Assembly (NCBI GenBank): GCA_038321865.1
Contig: JBBQFH010000009.1
Span: 1 to 64,000, forward strand
Origin: Gemmatimonadales bacterium
GTDB taxonomy: Bacteria > Gemmatimonadota > Gemmatimonadetes > Gemmatimonadales > GWC2-71-9
Length of the DNA stretch: 64,000 nt
Direction of reading: 5' to 3'
Positions 1 through 8,781 of this stretch are shown here, piece after piece. Each line of letters starts with the position of its first letter. The first letter of the stretch is position 1. The position numbers and the translations under genes were made by a program. The notes under the pieces were generated by a model. That model was not told where the DNA came from. It did not search any database and saw only the letters and a list, made by a program, of their open reading frames with translations.

Positions 1-1435
1 CATCGACGGCGGTGAGGATGAACAGCGCTTCGAACATGATCGCGAAGTGGTACCAGAGCGCGGTAAGGCTCTGGCCGAAGGCACCGGCGAAGATCGTCGC
101 CATGCCGACGGCCAGGGACGGTGCGCCGCCGGTACGGGATACCAGCGACGTTTCGCCCATCTGGCTCGCGAGCGCCTGCAGCTGTGCCGGCGTCACCGCG
201 AATCCCCACCCGCGGACCGCGTCGGCGGCGCTCGCGAGGGACGGGCCCAGCGCCGCCGCCGGCGCGTTGATCGCGAAGTAGACGCCGGGCTCCAGGACCG
301 ACGCCGCGCAGAGCGCCATCACGGCGACGAACGACTCCATCAGCATGCCGCCGTAACCGATGAGGCGGGCATCGGTCTCGCGCCTGAGCATCTTGGGCGT
401 CGTGCCCGATGCCACGAGCGCGTGGAACCCGCTGATCGCGCCGCAGGCGATGGTGATGAACGCGAACGGAAACATCTTGCCGGCGAACACCGGCCCCGTG
501 CCGTCCACGAACCGGGTGAGCGCCGGCATGCGGAGCGGCGGCAGCACCACCATGATGCCGACCGCCAGCAACAGGATGGTCCCGATCTTCATGAAGGTGG
601 ACAGGTAGTCGCGGGGGCAGAGCAGCATCCAGACGGGGAGGATGCTGGCCACGAACCCGTAGCCCATCACGGCGTACGCGATGGTGGTCGCCGACCAGGT
701 GAACCAGGGCGCGAGCGCAGCCGACTGCGCCACCCACCGCCCGGCGACCAGCGCCACGAGCAGCAGCGCCACGCCCGCGAGCGAGGCCTCGAGGGTCCGG
801 CCCGGCCGCCACACCTTCATCCAGAACCCCATCATCACCGCAATCGGGATGGTGCAGATGATGGTGAACACACCCCACGGGCTGTCCTTCAGCGCGTTCA
901 CGACCACCAGCGCCAGGACCGCAAGCAGGATGATCATGATCGCCAGGACGGCGGCCATGGCGAGGTAGCCGGTGAAGGGCCCGATCTCCTCCTTCGCCAT
1001 CTGGCCGAGGGACTTCCCGTCCCGCCGCATCGAGCCGAAGAGGATGACGAAGTCCTGCACGGCCCCACCCAGCACCACGCCGAAAACGATCCAGAGGGTG
1101 CCCGGCAGGTAGCCGAACTGCGCCGCGAGCACCGGCCCGACCAGCGGGCCCGCGCCGGCGATGGCGGCGAAGTGGTGGCCGAAGAGCACCCAGCGGGTCG
1201 TCGGCACGAAGTCGCGGCCGTTGGCCAGCCGCTCGGCCGGCGTGGCGCGACTGTCGTCGAGGCCGAAGACCCGATCGGCCAGGAAGCGGCTGTAGAAGCG
1301 ATAGGCGACGAGATAGGTGCCGAGGGCAGCAAGCACCAGCCAGGCGGCGCTCACCGTCTCGCCGCGGTGAAGCGCGAGGACGCCCCAGCCGGCGGCCCCC
1401 GCGAGCGTCACCAGGGCCCAGAACAGGAAGTTCAT
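1..1435 (-). CDS. cstA: Carbon starvation protein A family peptide/pyruvate transporter (3' end runs off window)
   Basis: Manual translation from ATG at 1435: MNFLFWALVTLAGAAGWGVLALHRGETVSAAWLV...TPAERLANGRDFVPT...LFGHHFAAIAGAGPLVGPVLAAQFGYLPG, the CstA signature. Missing from the ORF track because there is no stop in the window. Confidence 0.93.
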   Translation of the reverse strand, partial: MNFLFWALVTLAGAAGWGVLALHRGETVSAAWLVLAALGTYLVAYRFYSRFLADRVFGLDDSRATPAERLANGRDFVPTTRWVLFGHHFAAIAGAGPLVGPVLAAQFGYLPGTLWIVFGVVLGGAVQDFVILFGSMRRDGKSLGQMAKEEIGPFTGYLAMAAVLAIMIILLAVLALVVVNALKDSPWGVFTIICTIPIAVMMGFWMKVWRPGRTLEASLAGVALLLVALVAGRWVAQSAALAPWFTWSATTIAYAVMGYGFVASILPVWMLLCPRDYLSTFMKIGTILLLAVGIMVVLPPLRMPALTRFVDGTGPVFAGKMFPFAFITIACGAISGFHALVASGTTPKMLRRETDARLIGYGGMLMESFVAVMALCAASVLEPGVYFAINAPAAALGPSLASAADAVRGWGFAVTPAQLQALASQMGETSLVSRTGGAPSLAVGMATIFAGAFGQSLTALWYHFAIMFEALFILTAVD

Positions 1436-1441
1436 GGCCCT

Positions 1442-1447
1442 AATCTA
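1442..1447 (-). promoter_or_regulatory. -10 element TAGATT 6 nt upstream of cstA ATG (leaderless-type)
   Basis: Minus strand reads TAGATT-agggcc-ATG with no SD sequence. Confidence 0.5.
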
Positions 1448-1494
1448 CGGCCGTTCTTGCTCTTGCCCAGAGTCGTCCGTACGTTCAAGCCTCC

Positions 1495-2355
1495 ATGCCA
1501 TTCTCGAGTTTCGGGCAGAAGCCCTCCTGGGGGGACGACGCGCCGCGCAAGTCGGGCGCGCACGTCGTCGAACCCAAGCCGCAGGCGATCCCCAGGGGAT
1601 TCCGCGACAAGGCCGTCATCGTCACCGGCGGCGCCACCGGGCTCGGCCGAAGCATCGCGCTGGAGTTCGGCCGGCTGGGGTGCAGCGTCGCGTTCTGCTA
1701 TGTGAGCATGGAAGGCCGCGACGTCGTCGAGCAGGCCCTCCTCACCGAAACGGCGATTTCGGCGATGGGCGTGGCGGTGTTCGCCGCGCCCTGCGATGTG
1801 CGGGACCGCGTGGCGGTGGAGCGCTTCGTGGCGGAGACGAAGGCGCGGCTCGGCGCGGTGCACTTCCTGATCAACAATGCCGGCGTCGCCAGCGACGGGG
1901 CCCTCTGGCGCCTCAGCGAAGAGGCCTGGAACAAGGTCATCGACACCAACGTCACCGGCACCTACAACTGCATCCGCGCGGTGGCCCCAGAGTTCCGGGC
2001 CCAGCATTACGGCAAGATCGTCAACGTGGGCGCGCACCAGGCGGAGCGCCCCGGCTTCGGGGTGTGCAATTACGCCACGAGCAAGGCGGCGCTCATGGGG
2101 CTGACCCGCTCGGCCGCGGTGGAGCTCGGGCCCTCGAACGTCAACGTGAACGCGGTGGCGCCCGGGTTCATCCGCACCGAACGGATGGGCATGCTGCCGC
2201 CCGAGGTGATCGAGCGGGCGGAGAAGAGCGCCGTGCTCGGCCGGGTGGCCGAGCCGGAAGACGTGGCGCACGTGATCTCATTCCTCTGTTCCGATGCCGC
2301 GCGCCACATTACGGGCCAGACGCTCGTGGTGGACGGCGGCCTTTCACTCGAGTAG
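1495..2355 (+). CDS. SDR family NAD(P)-dependent oxidoreductase (FabG-like)
   Basis: TGGATGLG, NNAG, YATSK, NAVAPGFI and ITGQTLVVDGG motifs. Confidence 0.9.
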   Translation: MPFSSFGQKPSWGDDAPRKSGAHVVEPKPQAIPRGFRDKAVIVTGGATGLGRSIALEFGRLGCSVAFCYVSMEGRDVVEQALLTETAISAMGVAVFAAPCDVRDRVAVERFVAETKARLGAVHFLINNAGVASDGALWRLSEEAWNKVIDTNVTGTYNCIRAVAPEFRAQHYGKIVNVGAHQAERPGFGVCNYATSKAALMGLTRSAAVELGPSNVNVNAVAPGFIRTERMGMLPPEVIERAEKSAVLGRVAEPEDVAHVISFLCSDAARHITGQTLVVDGGLSLE

Positions 2356-2358
2356 CGG

Positions 2359-2613
2359 ATGGCAACGCACAGGGAAACCAACGCGCCCGAGCGCGAGGCG
2401 CGCCTCCGGCCGGAATTCGCCGGCCAGTATCCCGGCCTCGAACCGGGGGTCTGGCTGCCGGCCGGCGGCATCGTGGAGTTCGTGCTGGCGCGCGCCCGGA
2501 CGTCGCGCCGGCCGAGCGACCCCCAGCAGCGCGAGCTCGACGCCGCGCATTTCGATTTCCGGGGCGGAGCGGGCCGGCCGGGCCCGGCGCGGACGCGGGC
2601 CACCGACCGGTGA
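2359..2613 (+). CDS. Small hypothetical protein, 84 aa (paralog 1)
   Basis: Starts 3 nt after the SDR stop; shares REARLxPEFA-YPGL-VWxPA-HFxFRGG motifs with the next ORF. Confidence 0.75.
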   Translation: MATHRETNAPEREARLRPEFAGQYPGLEPGVWLPAGGIVEFVLARARTSRRPSDPQQRELDAAHFDFRGGAGRPGPARTRATDR

Positions 2614-2855
2614 CCAACCCGATGGTGCGTGAGGCCCGCCTCAAGCCCGAGTTCGCCGCACTGTACCCGGGGCTCCAGGCGGACGTCTGGGTCCCGGCGG
2701 CGGACGCCGCGGCCCAGGTGCTGGTGATGATGCGGCGAGCGGACGCGACGTTCGAGGACCGGGTGATGAACGAGCGTCACTTCGAGTTTCGCGGCGGGCT
2801 TCCGGGGCCGCGCGGCGGAGTCCGCTCGCGCCTCGCCGACCGCGGCGGTGGGTGA
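2610..2855 (+). CDS. Small hypothetical protein, 81 aa (paralog 2)
   Basis: GTGA overlap with the previous stop (alternative ATG at 2622); MTNPMVREARLKPEFAALYPGLQADVWVPA...HFEFRGG. Buried in the tail of ORF 1434..2855. Confidence 0.75.
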   Translation: MTNPMVREARLKPEFAALYPGLQADVWVPAADAAAQVLVMMRRADATFEDRVMNERHFEFRGGLPGPRGGVRSRLADRGGG

Positions 2856-2891
2856 TTACCTTTCCGGTCTCCTATCCCAAGCAGACCTCTG

Positions 2892-3563
2892 TTGCCGAAC
2901 CACATCCCGCTCGCGATTCGCATCCTGAGGGTCACCGCGCTCTCGCTAGCCCTGGCCTGCAGCCGTGGCGCCGGGCCCGCCGGCGCGCCGACGCCCGCCG
3001 TGGCCCAGCGCCCCGATGCCGCGCACGGGCTCGCGGTGGCGCCCCTGGCGGGCCAGCCGGTATCGGTGCTTCCCATCACGATGGTCGTGGCCGACTCGTC
3101 GGTCGAAGCCGATTCGGGCTGGCGTCTGTACCGTGACCGCCGCACGGCGCTGCAGCGCACCGATTCACTGATCGCCGAGACGCTGCTGGGGAAGGGCCCC
3201 GAGGTGAAGTGGGTGCTGCCGGCCGAGCTTCGGCGCATGGCCCGGCGCGCACCGGGGATGCTGACCGATCCGGACATGATGGGCCAGGCGATGATGCGGG
3301 CGCCCAAGCTGACCCTGATTCCCGATCCACTCCGAAGCTCGCTTCGGAACCTCGTCGCCATCGCCGGCGGCCGCATGATCTTCATCCCTGCCGCGCTGGG
3401 CTTCAGCCGCGATCCGGCGGGCAGTATCCACGCCACGCTTTCACTCGTGATGGGTGACGCCCGGACCGGCAAGCTCCTCTGGCGGAGCCTGGCGGAAGGC
3501 ACCGGCGCCACGCCCGACGCGGCACTCAACGCGGCGCTGACCACCATCTTCCCGCCCGAGTGA
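2892..3563 (+). CDS. Hypothetical lipoprotein
   Basis: Hydrophobic N-terminus ending LALAC (lipobox); stops 4 nt before the next gene. Start codon uncertain (TTG). Confidence 0.65.
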   Translation: MPNHIPLAIRILRVTALSLALACSRGAGPAGAPTPAVAQRPDAAHGLAVAPLAGQPVSVLPITMVVADSSVEADSGWRLYRDRRTALQRTDSLIAETLLGKGPEVKWVLPAELRRMARRAPGMLTDPDMMGQAMMRAPKLTLIPDPLRSSLRNLVAIAGGRMIFIPAALGFSRDPAGSIHATLSLVMGDARTGKLLWRSLAEGTGATPDAALNAALTTIFPPE

Positions 3564-3567
3564 CGCC

Positions 3568-4584
3568 ATGCCGTTCGACGTGACGCTGATTCCCGGGGAC
3601 GGCATCGGCCCCGAGATCACGGCGGAGACCGTAAAGGTCCTGGAGGCGACGGGCCTCCGGTTCAACTGGGACGAGGAGCTGGCGGGAATGGCGGCCGTGG
3701 ACGCGACCGGCACGCCACTGCCCGACGCGACGGTGGAGAGCATCCGCCGCAACACGCTCGCGCTCAAGGGCCCGCTCACCACCCCGGTCGGGACCGGCTA
3801 CCGCTCGGTGAACGTGGGACTGCGAAAGGCCTTCGAGCTGTACGCGAACCTGCGGCCGGCCCGGAGCATCGTGCCCGGCGGCCGCTACGAGAACATCGAC
3901 ATCGTGCTGGTGCGGGAGAACCTCGAAGGACTCTATGTCGGGGTGGAGCATTTCGTGGCGGTGGGCAACGATCCCAAGGCGGTGGCGGAATCGCTGGCGA
4001 TCGTGACCCGGATCGGCTGCGAGCGCATCATTCGCTACGCGTTCGAGTACGCCGTGAGGCACGGCCGGAAGAAAGTCACGATCGTCCACAAGGCGAACAT
4101 CCTCAAGATGGTCAGCGGGCTCTTCCTTGAGGTGGGGAAGCAGATCGCGGCGGAGTACGAGGGCCGGATCGTCGCCAACGACATGATCGTGGACAACACG
4201 GCGATGCAGCTGGTCATGCGCCCCGAGCAGTTCGACGTGATGGTCACGACCAACATGTTCGGTGACATCCTGAGCGACGAAGTGTCCGGGCTGGTCGGCG
4301 GCCTCGGCCTCGCGCCGGGCGCCAATATCGGCACGTCGGCGGCGATCTTCGAGGCGGTACACGGGAGCGCGCCCGACATCGCGGGGAAAGGCGTGGCGAA
4401 TCCCTCGGCCCAGATCCTGGCCGCTGCGATGATGCTCGACCACCTCGGCGAGGTCGAGCGCGGCAATCGGGTGCGCGCCGCCGTGGAACAGGTGATCGTG
4501 ACCGACAACATCCGCACGCGGGACCTGGGCGGGACGGCGGGGACGCGGGAGTTCGGCGATGCCGTTGCCCGTCGGGTGGGCTGA
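3568..4584 (+). CDS. NAD-dependent isocitrate/isopropylmalate dehydrogenase family protein
   Basis: [35 protein letters not shown] and [19 protein letters not shown] motifs. Confidence 0.93.
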   Translation: MPFDVTLIPGDGIGPEITAETVKVLEATGLRFNWDEELAGMAAVDATGTPLPDATVESIRRNTLALKGPLTTPVGTGYRSVNVGLRKAFELYANLRPARSIVPGGRYENIDIVLVRENLEGLYVGVEHFVAVGNDPKAVAESLAIVTRIGCERIIRYAFEYAVRHGRKKVTIVHKANILKMVSGLFLEVGKQIAAEYEGRIVANDMIVDNTAMQLVMRPEQFDVMVTTNMFGDILSDEVSGLVGGLGLAPGANIGTSAAIFEAVHGSAPDIAGKGVANPSAQILAAAMMLDHLGEVERGNRVRAAVEQVIVTDNIRTRDLGGTAGTREFGDAVARRVG

Positions 4585-4873
4585 GGTCCCCTGTGCGGCC
4601 TGCGGCGAGCACATTCCCGGCCTCGCCTGGGGCGAGCTGTGCGCCGACTGCCTCAGGGCGCGCAAGCGGCGTGCAAATCGGGTCTCCAGCCTCATCTCCC
4701 TCGCGGGAACGGCGCTGACGGCGGCGTACGTCTCCTTCCGGCTTCCGGCGGTTCCGAACGCCCGCATCTACAGTGTGGTGCTGGTCGTCGCCGTCTACGT
4801 CATCCTTCGGCGGATCGCGACCCGCGTGGCCATGGAGTTTCTGCCGCGCCAGCCCCGCCCCACTCGGGAGTAA
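4559..4873 (+). CDS. Small membrane protein with N-terminal CxxC...CxxC zinc ribbon
   Basis: CAAC...CADC followed by two hydrophobic helices; fills the gap between neighbouring genes. Confidence 0.6.
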   Translation: MPLPVGWAEVPCAACGEHIPGLAWGELCADCLRARKRRANRVSSLISLAGTALTAAYVSFRLPAVPNARIYSVVLVVAVYVILRRIATRVAMEFLPRQPRPTRE

Positions 4874-4878
4874 GACAG

Positions 4879-6276
4879 ATGGAGAGAGTCCGACACGCGG
4901 CCCTGCCCCTCGCGGCCATGCTGCTCACCAGTGCGGGCGGCCTCGCCGCCCAGACCAGTCTCACGATCTACAACGATGGCCGGGTGCTGATTCGGCGGAC
5001 GGTGCCGGTGCACGTGCCGCGCGGCGCGTCCACCCAGACCGTCACGCTCGGCGCCCTCGATCCATCGTCGCTCTTCTCGCTGGATTCGTCGGTCGTCATC
5101 CAGCGGTCTGCCTATGACGGAGCGGTCGACGAGGCCAGCGTCCTGCGCCGCTCCGTGGGCCGGCGGCTGGTATTCCGAGTCGCCCGGACCGGGCCCGGCG
5201 GCGTGGAGGCGCGCGACACGGTGAGCGCGCTGGTCCTCAGCGTCGACCCGCTGCAGCTGCAGATGCCCGACGGCCGCATCACCTTCTCGGCGCCCGGCGT
5301 GCCACTGTATCCGGCCGACCTGGTCGTCTCGGCGCCGACCGCGACGCTGGCGCTGCAGAGCGCCGGCGCGCGTGACAACCTTCGCGTCGGCTACTTCACT
5401 GAGGGCGCCCGCTGGCAGGCGAGCTATCAGGTGATCCTGGCCGGGACCGACGCCCGCGTGACCGGCGCGGCGGTGATCGGCTCGCAGTCGCTTCGGGCCG
5501 ACAGCGCGGAGATCCAGCTGCTGGCCGGGTCGGTGAGCGCGGCGGCGCCGCCGCCCGGCATCTACAACCAGGGCGCGGTCGCGCGGATGTCGATGGCCAA
5601 GGACGCCGTGCAGGAGTCGGCGTCGGAGCAGCGGGTCGGCGAGTTCCACCTGTATTCACTCCCGGAGCGACTCACGCTGCTGCCCGGCATGACTACGTCG
5701 GCGTCGATGTTCAGCCCGGCGACGGTGAAATACGAGCGGAACTACGTCGTCCGCGGCCAGCTGCCCTACTGGGGGTATCTGCCGCAGCAGCCGAACGAGG
5801 AGGATGTCCCGGTCGAAGTGAGCTACACCCTCCGCCGGCCGCGGAAGACCGACTTCGGCGACCGGCCGCTCCCCGGCGGCGTGGCGCGCCTGTTCCAGGC
5901 GGACAGCAGCGGGCGGCTCCAGCTCGTCGGCGAGGCGGCGATGGACCACACGCCGGCCGGCGAGGATCTGCGGCTGTCGGCGGGCAACGCCTTTGATTTG
6001 ACAGCCAAGCGGGTGCAGGCGACCTACACCACCCGCCGCGACAGCATCGGCGGGACGCTCCGCACCTCCGCCCTCGCGGATTACCGCGTGACGGTGACCA
6101 ATGCGACTGACAGCGCGGCGACGGTGGATGTGCTGGAGCAGCGTCGCGGTGACTGGAGCGTCATCGCCAGCTCGATCAAGCCGGAGAAGCTGTCGTCCAG
6201 CGTGACGCGATTCCGGGTGGCGGTGCCTGCCCGGGGCACGGCGCTGGTCACCTACCGCGTCCGGGTCATCTGGTGA
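4879..6276 (+). CDS. DUF4139/DUF4140-family secreted protein
   Basis: Signal peptide then SLTIYNDG; WQASY, GEFHLY, PLPGGVARLF, VGEAAMDHTP and GNAFD motifs. ATG at 4879. Confidence 0.8.
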   Translation: MERVRHAALPLAAMLLTSAGGLAAQTSLTIYNDGRVLIRRTVPVHVPRGASTQTVTLGALDPSSLFSLDSSVVIQRSAYDGAVDEASVLRRSVGRRLVFRVARTGPGGVEARDTVSALVLSVDPLQLQMPDGRITFSAPGVPLYPADLVVSAPTATLALQSAGARDNLRVGYFTEGARWQASYQVILAGTDARVTGAAVIGSQSLRADSAEIQLLAGSVSAAAPPPGIYNQGAVARMSMAKDAVQESASEQRVGEFHLYSLPERLTLLPGMTTSASMFSPATVKYERNYVVRGQLPYWGYLPQQPNEEDVPVEVSYTLRRPRKTDFGDRPLPGGVARLFQADSSGRLQLVGEAAMDHTPAGEDLRLSAGNAFDLTAKRVQATYTTRRDSIGGTLRTSALADYRVTVTNATDSAATVDVLEQRRGDWSVIASSIKPEKLSSSVTRFRVAVPARGTALVTYRVRVIW

Positions 6277-7145
6277 AGCAGGAGATCTCGATCGTCCACC
6301 TGTCGGACGTCCACTTCGGTGTGGACGCCGATCTGTGGCAGCTGGAGCAGATCGAGGAGTACGTGCCGACGCTCCGTCCCGACGCGATCGCGCTGTCGGG
6401 TGATCTCACCCAGCGGGCGCGGCACGGTGAGTTCATGGCGGCGCACGCCTTCGTGCGCCGCCTGCGCAAGGTGGCCCCCGTCCTGGTCGTGCCTGGCAAC
6501 CACGACGTGCAATGGTGGGCCAGTCCCTTCGGGATGCGGGGGACCGCGCCGCTCTACGCCAAGTACCGCCGCTACTTCGGCGAGGATCTGGCACCGGTGC
6601 TCGAGATTCCCGGCGCCGTGATCGTCGGGTTGCTGTCGGCGTACGGGATGGCGCCGGGCTCGCTCACGTGGAACCTGCGGGACATCGCCGTGAAAGGTCA
6701 TTTGCCCAGCTCGGAGACGGATCGCGCGCGGGAGATCTTCGCCCGGGCGCCGGCCGATGTCGCCCGCGTCATCGTCACGCACCACAATGTGCTGCCCGGC
6801 AAGATCTCCCAGCGCCATGGGCTGTCGAACTGGCGCAGCGCGCAGCGGCAGCTGCAGGAGTGCGGGGCCGACGTGGTGCTCTGCGGCCACGACCATCAGG
6901 AGGGTGCGTCGCAGGTGGCCGGCCGGCTGGCGGTGAGCGCCGCCGGGACCCACACCTCCCGCACCCGGGGCCGCCGGCCCTCGGTCTTCAACGTCGTCCG
7001 GGTGGACACAGAATCGGTGCACGTGCAGCATTTCCGCTGGGAGCATGCCGGACGAAAGTTTCTCCGGTCCGACCAGTACACCTTCGCGCGGCAGCCCTAC
7101 CGCCATCCTCTCGTCTCGACCACCGTTGGCGATCAGCCTCTCTGA
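6273..7145 (+). CDS. Calcineurin-like metallophosphoesterase
   Basis: HLSDVHFG, SGDLTQR, PGNHD, THH and GHDH motifs; GTGA overlap with upstream gene. Confidence 0.9.
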   Translation: MKQEISIVHLSDVHFGVDADLWQLEQIEEYVPTLRPDAIALSGDLTQRARHGEFMAAHAFVRRLRKVAPVLVVPGNHDVQWWASPFGMRGTAPLYAKYRRYFGEDLAPVLEIPGAVIVGLLSAYGMAPGSLTWNLRDIAVKGHLPSSETDRAREIFARAPADVARVIVTHHNVLPGKISQRHGLSNWRSAQRQLQECGADVVLCGHDHQEGASQVAGRLAVSAAGTHTSRTRGRRPSVFNVVRVDTESVHVQHFRWEHAGRKFLRSDQYTFARQPYRHPLVSTTVGDQPL

Positions 7146-7794
7146 CGTCCTGGAATCCCGGTTGCGCCTGCTGGGACTCCGCGATGTGGACGAACTACGG
7201 ACGCATGCCAACCGCACGGTGATGCTGAGCCTCCGTGGCGGGGTGCTGCGGCTTCACGCCGGGTACGCCCACGCACCGGACCGGGTGCTCGCGGCAATCG
7301 TCACCTATCTTCGGCGCGGCATCCGCCGTTCGACCCGGACCGCCGCGCAGCGTGAGTTCCTCTCCTTTCCCGTTCACGCGCACGTGCCGCCGCGCCCGGT
7401 CCGGGAGCCCGCCGCCGCGCGCCCGGGCGATGCCGCGGCGCTGGCGCGTCTCGTCGAGGCGCACCGCGGGCTGAGTGCCCGGCATTTCGGTGGCAGCCTC
7501 GGTCCGCTTCCCATCCGGCTCTCCGGCCGCATGCGCCGGCGCCTGGGCGAGCTCGCCGTGTCGCTGGTGGACGGGCGTCCGGCCGCGATCACGATCAGCC
7601 GGCGGCATCTTCGGGCCGACCCGTGGCCGGAGGTGGAACACACGCTGCTGCATGAGATGGTGCACCAGTGGCAGGCGGAAACCGGTGCCCCGCTGGATCA
7701 CGGCGAGGGGTTCCGGCGCAAGGCACGTGAGGTGGGTGCGCTCCCCCGGGCCACGCGGCGGCTGGACCGGGCCCGGGGGGGCGCGATCGAGTAG
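7126..7794 (+). CDS. SprT-like zinc metalloprotease
   Basis: SGRMRRRLG, HTLLHEMVHQW (HExxH) and DHGEGF. Start uncertain (TTG 7126 or ATG 7045). Confidence 0.8.
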   Translation: MAISLSDVLESRLRLLGLRDVDELRTHANRTVMLSLRGGVLRLHAGYAHAPDRVLAAIVTYLRRGIRRSTRTAAQREFLSFPVHAHVPPRPVREPAAARPGDAAALARLVEAHRGLSARHFGGSLGPLPIRLSGRMRRRLGELAVSLVDGRPAAITISRRHLRADPWPEVEHTLLHEMVHQWQAETGAPLDHGEGFRRKAREVGALPRATRRLDRARGGAIE

Positions 7795-7869
7795 ATCGCG
7801 CGCCCGCCGCTCCGGCGGTATGTTGGCATATCGTCGTCCGGTCCCGGTTCCACGCTCCCCGGAACGTCC

Positions 7870-8781
7870 ATGAACCAGATCCCCGTCAGCGGCCACGAGA
7901 CCACCACGAAGGTTATCCTCGGCGATCGCGCCGACGCGCCCAAGCCGCGCGACGACGAGATCGATGTCTACGGACTGACCCACACGGGGCTGGTCCGGAA
8001 GAACAACCAGGATCACTTCCTCATCTGCCAGCTCAAGCGGGACATCGTGGTTCATGCCACCAGCCTGCCCGACGCGCCGGTGTTCGGCGCCAGCGACCGG
8101 CTGGCGTTTCTCGCGATGGTCGCCGACGGGGTCGGCGGCGGGCCGATGGGCGAGGAAGCGAGCCGGCTCGCCGTCGAAACGATCACCGAGTACGTCGCCC
8201 ACTGCACGCGGTGCTACTACAGCGCCGACCCCGCCCAGGACGCGACCTTCACCGAGGCCCTGTCCGACGCCGCGCTGCAGTCCCACGCGACGATCGCGGA
8301 ACGCGCGCAGGCCGATCCCGAGCGGCGGGGGATGGCGACGACGCTCACGCTCTGGATCGGCGTCTGGCCGCACGCCTATCTGCTGCAGGTGGGGGACAGC
8401 CGGCTCTACATGCTCCGCGGCGACAAACTGACGCAGATCTCCCGAGACCAGACGATGGCGCAGGAGCTGATCGACCAGGGGGTGCTGACGCCCGCCGCCG
8501 CCGCGTCCACCCGCTGGTCCAACATGCTCTCGAGCTCGATCGGCGGCCGGCAGACCGCGCCGGTGGTGACGCGGCTGCAGAACGACTGGGGGACGGTGTG
8601 GCTGCTCTGCAGTGACGGCCTGACCCGGCACGTGACCGACGAGCGGATCGGCGAGCGCCTTCGCGACATGACGTCCGCCAAGCAGGTGTGCGAGACGCTG
8701 CTGCAGGACGCGCTCGACGGCGGCGGCAGCGACAACATCACGATCATCGTCGGGCGCAGCGTCCCGAACGGCCAGCTCTGA
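7870..8781 (+). CDS. PP2C-family Ser/Thr protein phosphatase
   Basis: RKNNQD, VADGVGG, MATT, VGDSRLY, CSDGL and GGSDNIT motifs. Confidence 0.93.
   Translation: MNQIPVSGHETTTKVILGDRADAPKPRDDEIDVYGLTHTGLVRKNNQDHFLICQLKRDIVVHATSLPDAPVFGASDRLAFLAMVADGVGGGPMGEEASRLAVETITEYVAHCTRCYYSADPAQDATFTEALSDAALQSHATIAERAQADPERRGMATTLTLWIGVWPHAYLLQVGDSRLYMLRGDKLTQISRDQTMAQELIDQGVLTPAAAASTRWSNMLSSSIGGRQTAPVVTRLQNDWGTVWLLCSDGLTRHVTDERIGERLRDMTSAKQVCETLLQDALDGGGSDNITIIVGRSVPNGQL

Noticed and set aside
47..1705. 552-aa plus-strand ORF
   Set aside because: Antisense shadow of cstA; Arg/Gly-rich with no motifs.
1434..2609. N-terminal part of the 473-aa ORF 1434..2855
   Set aside because: Off-frame overlap with the SDR; only the last 81 codons look real.
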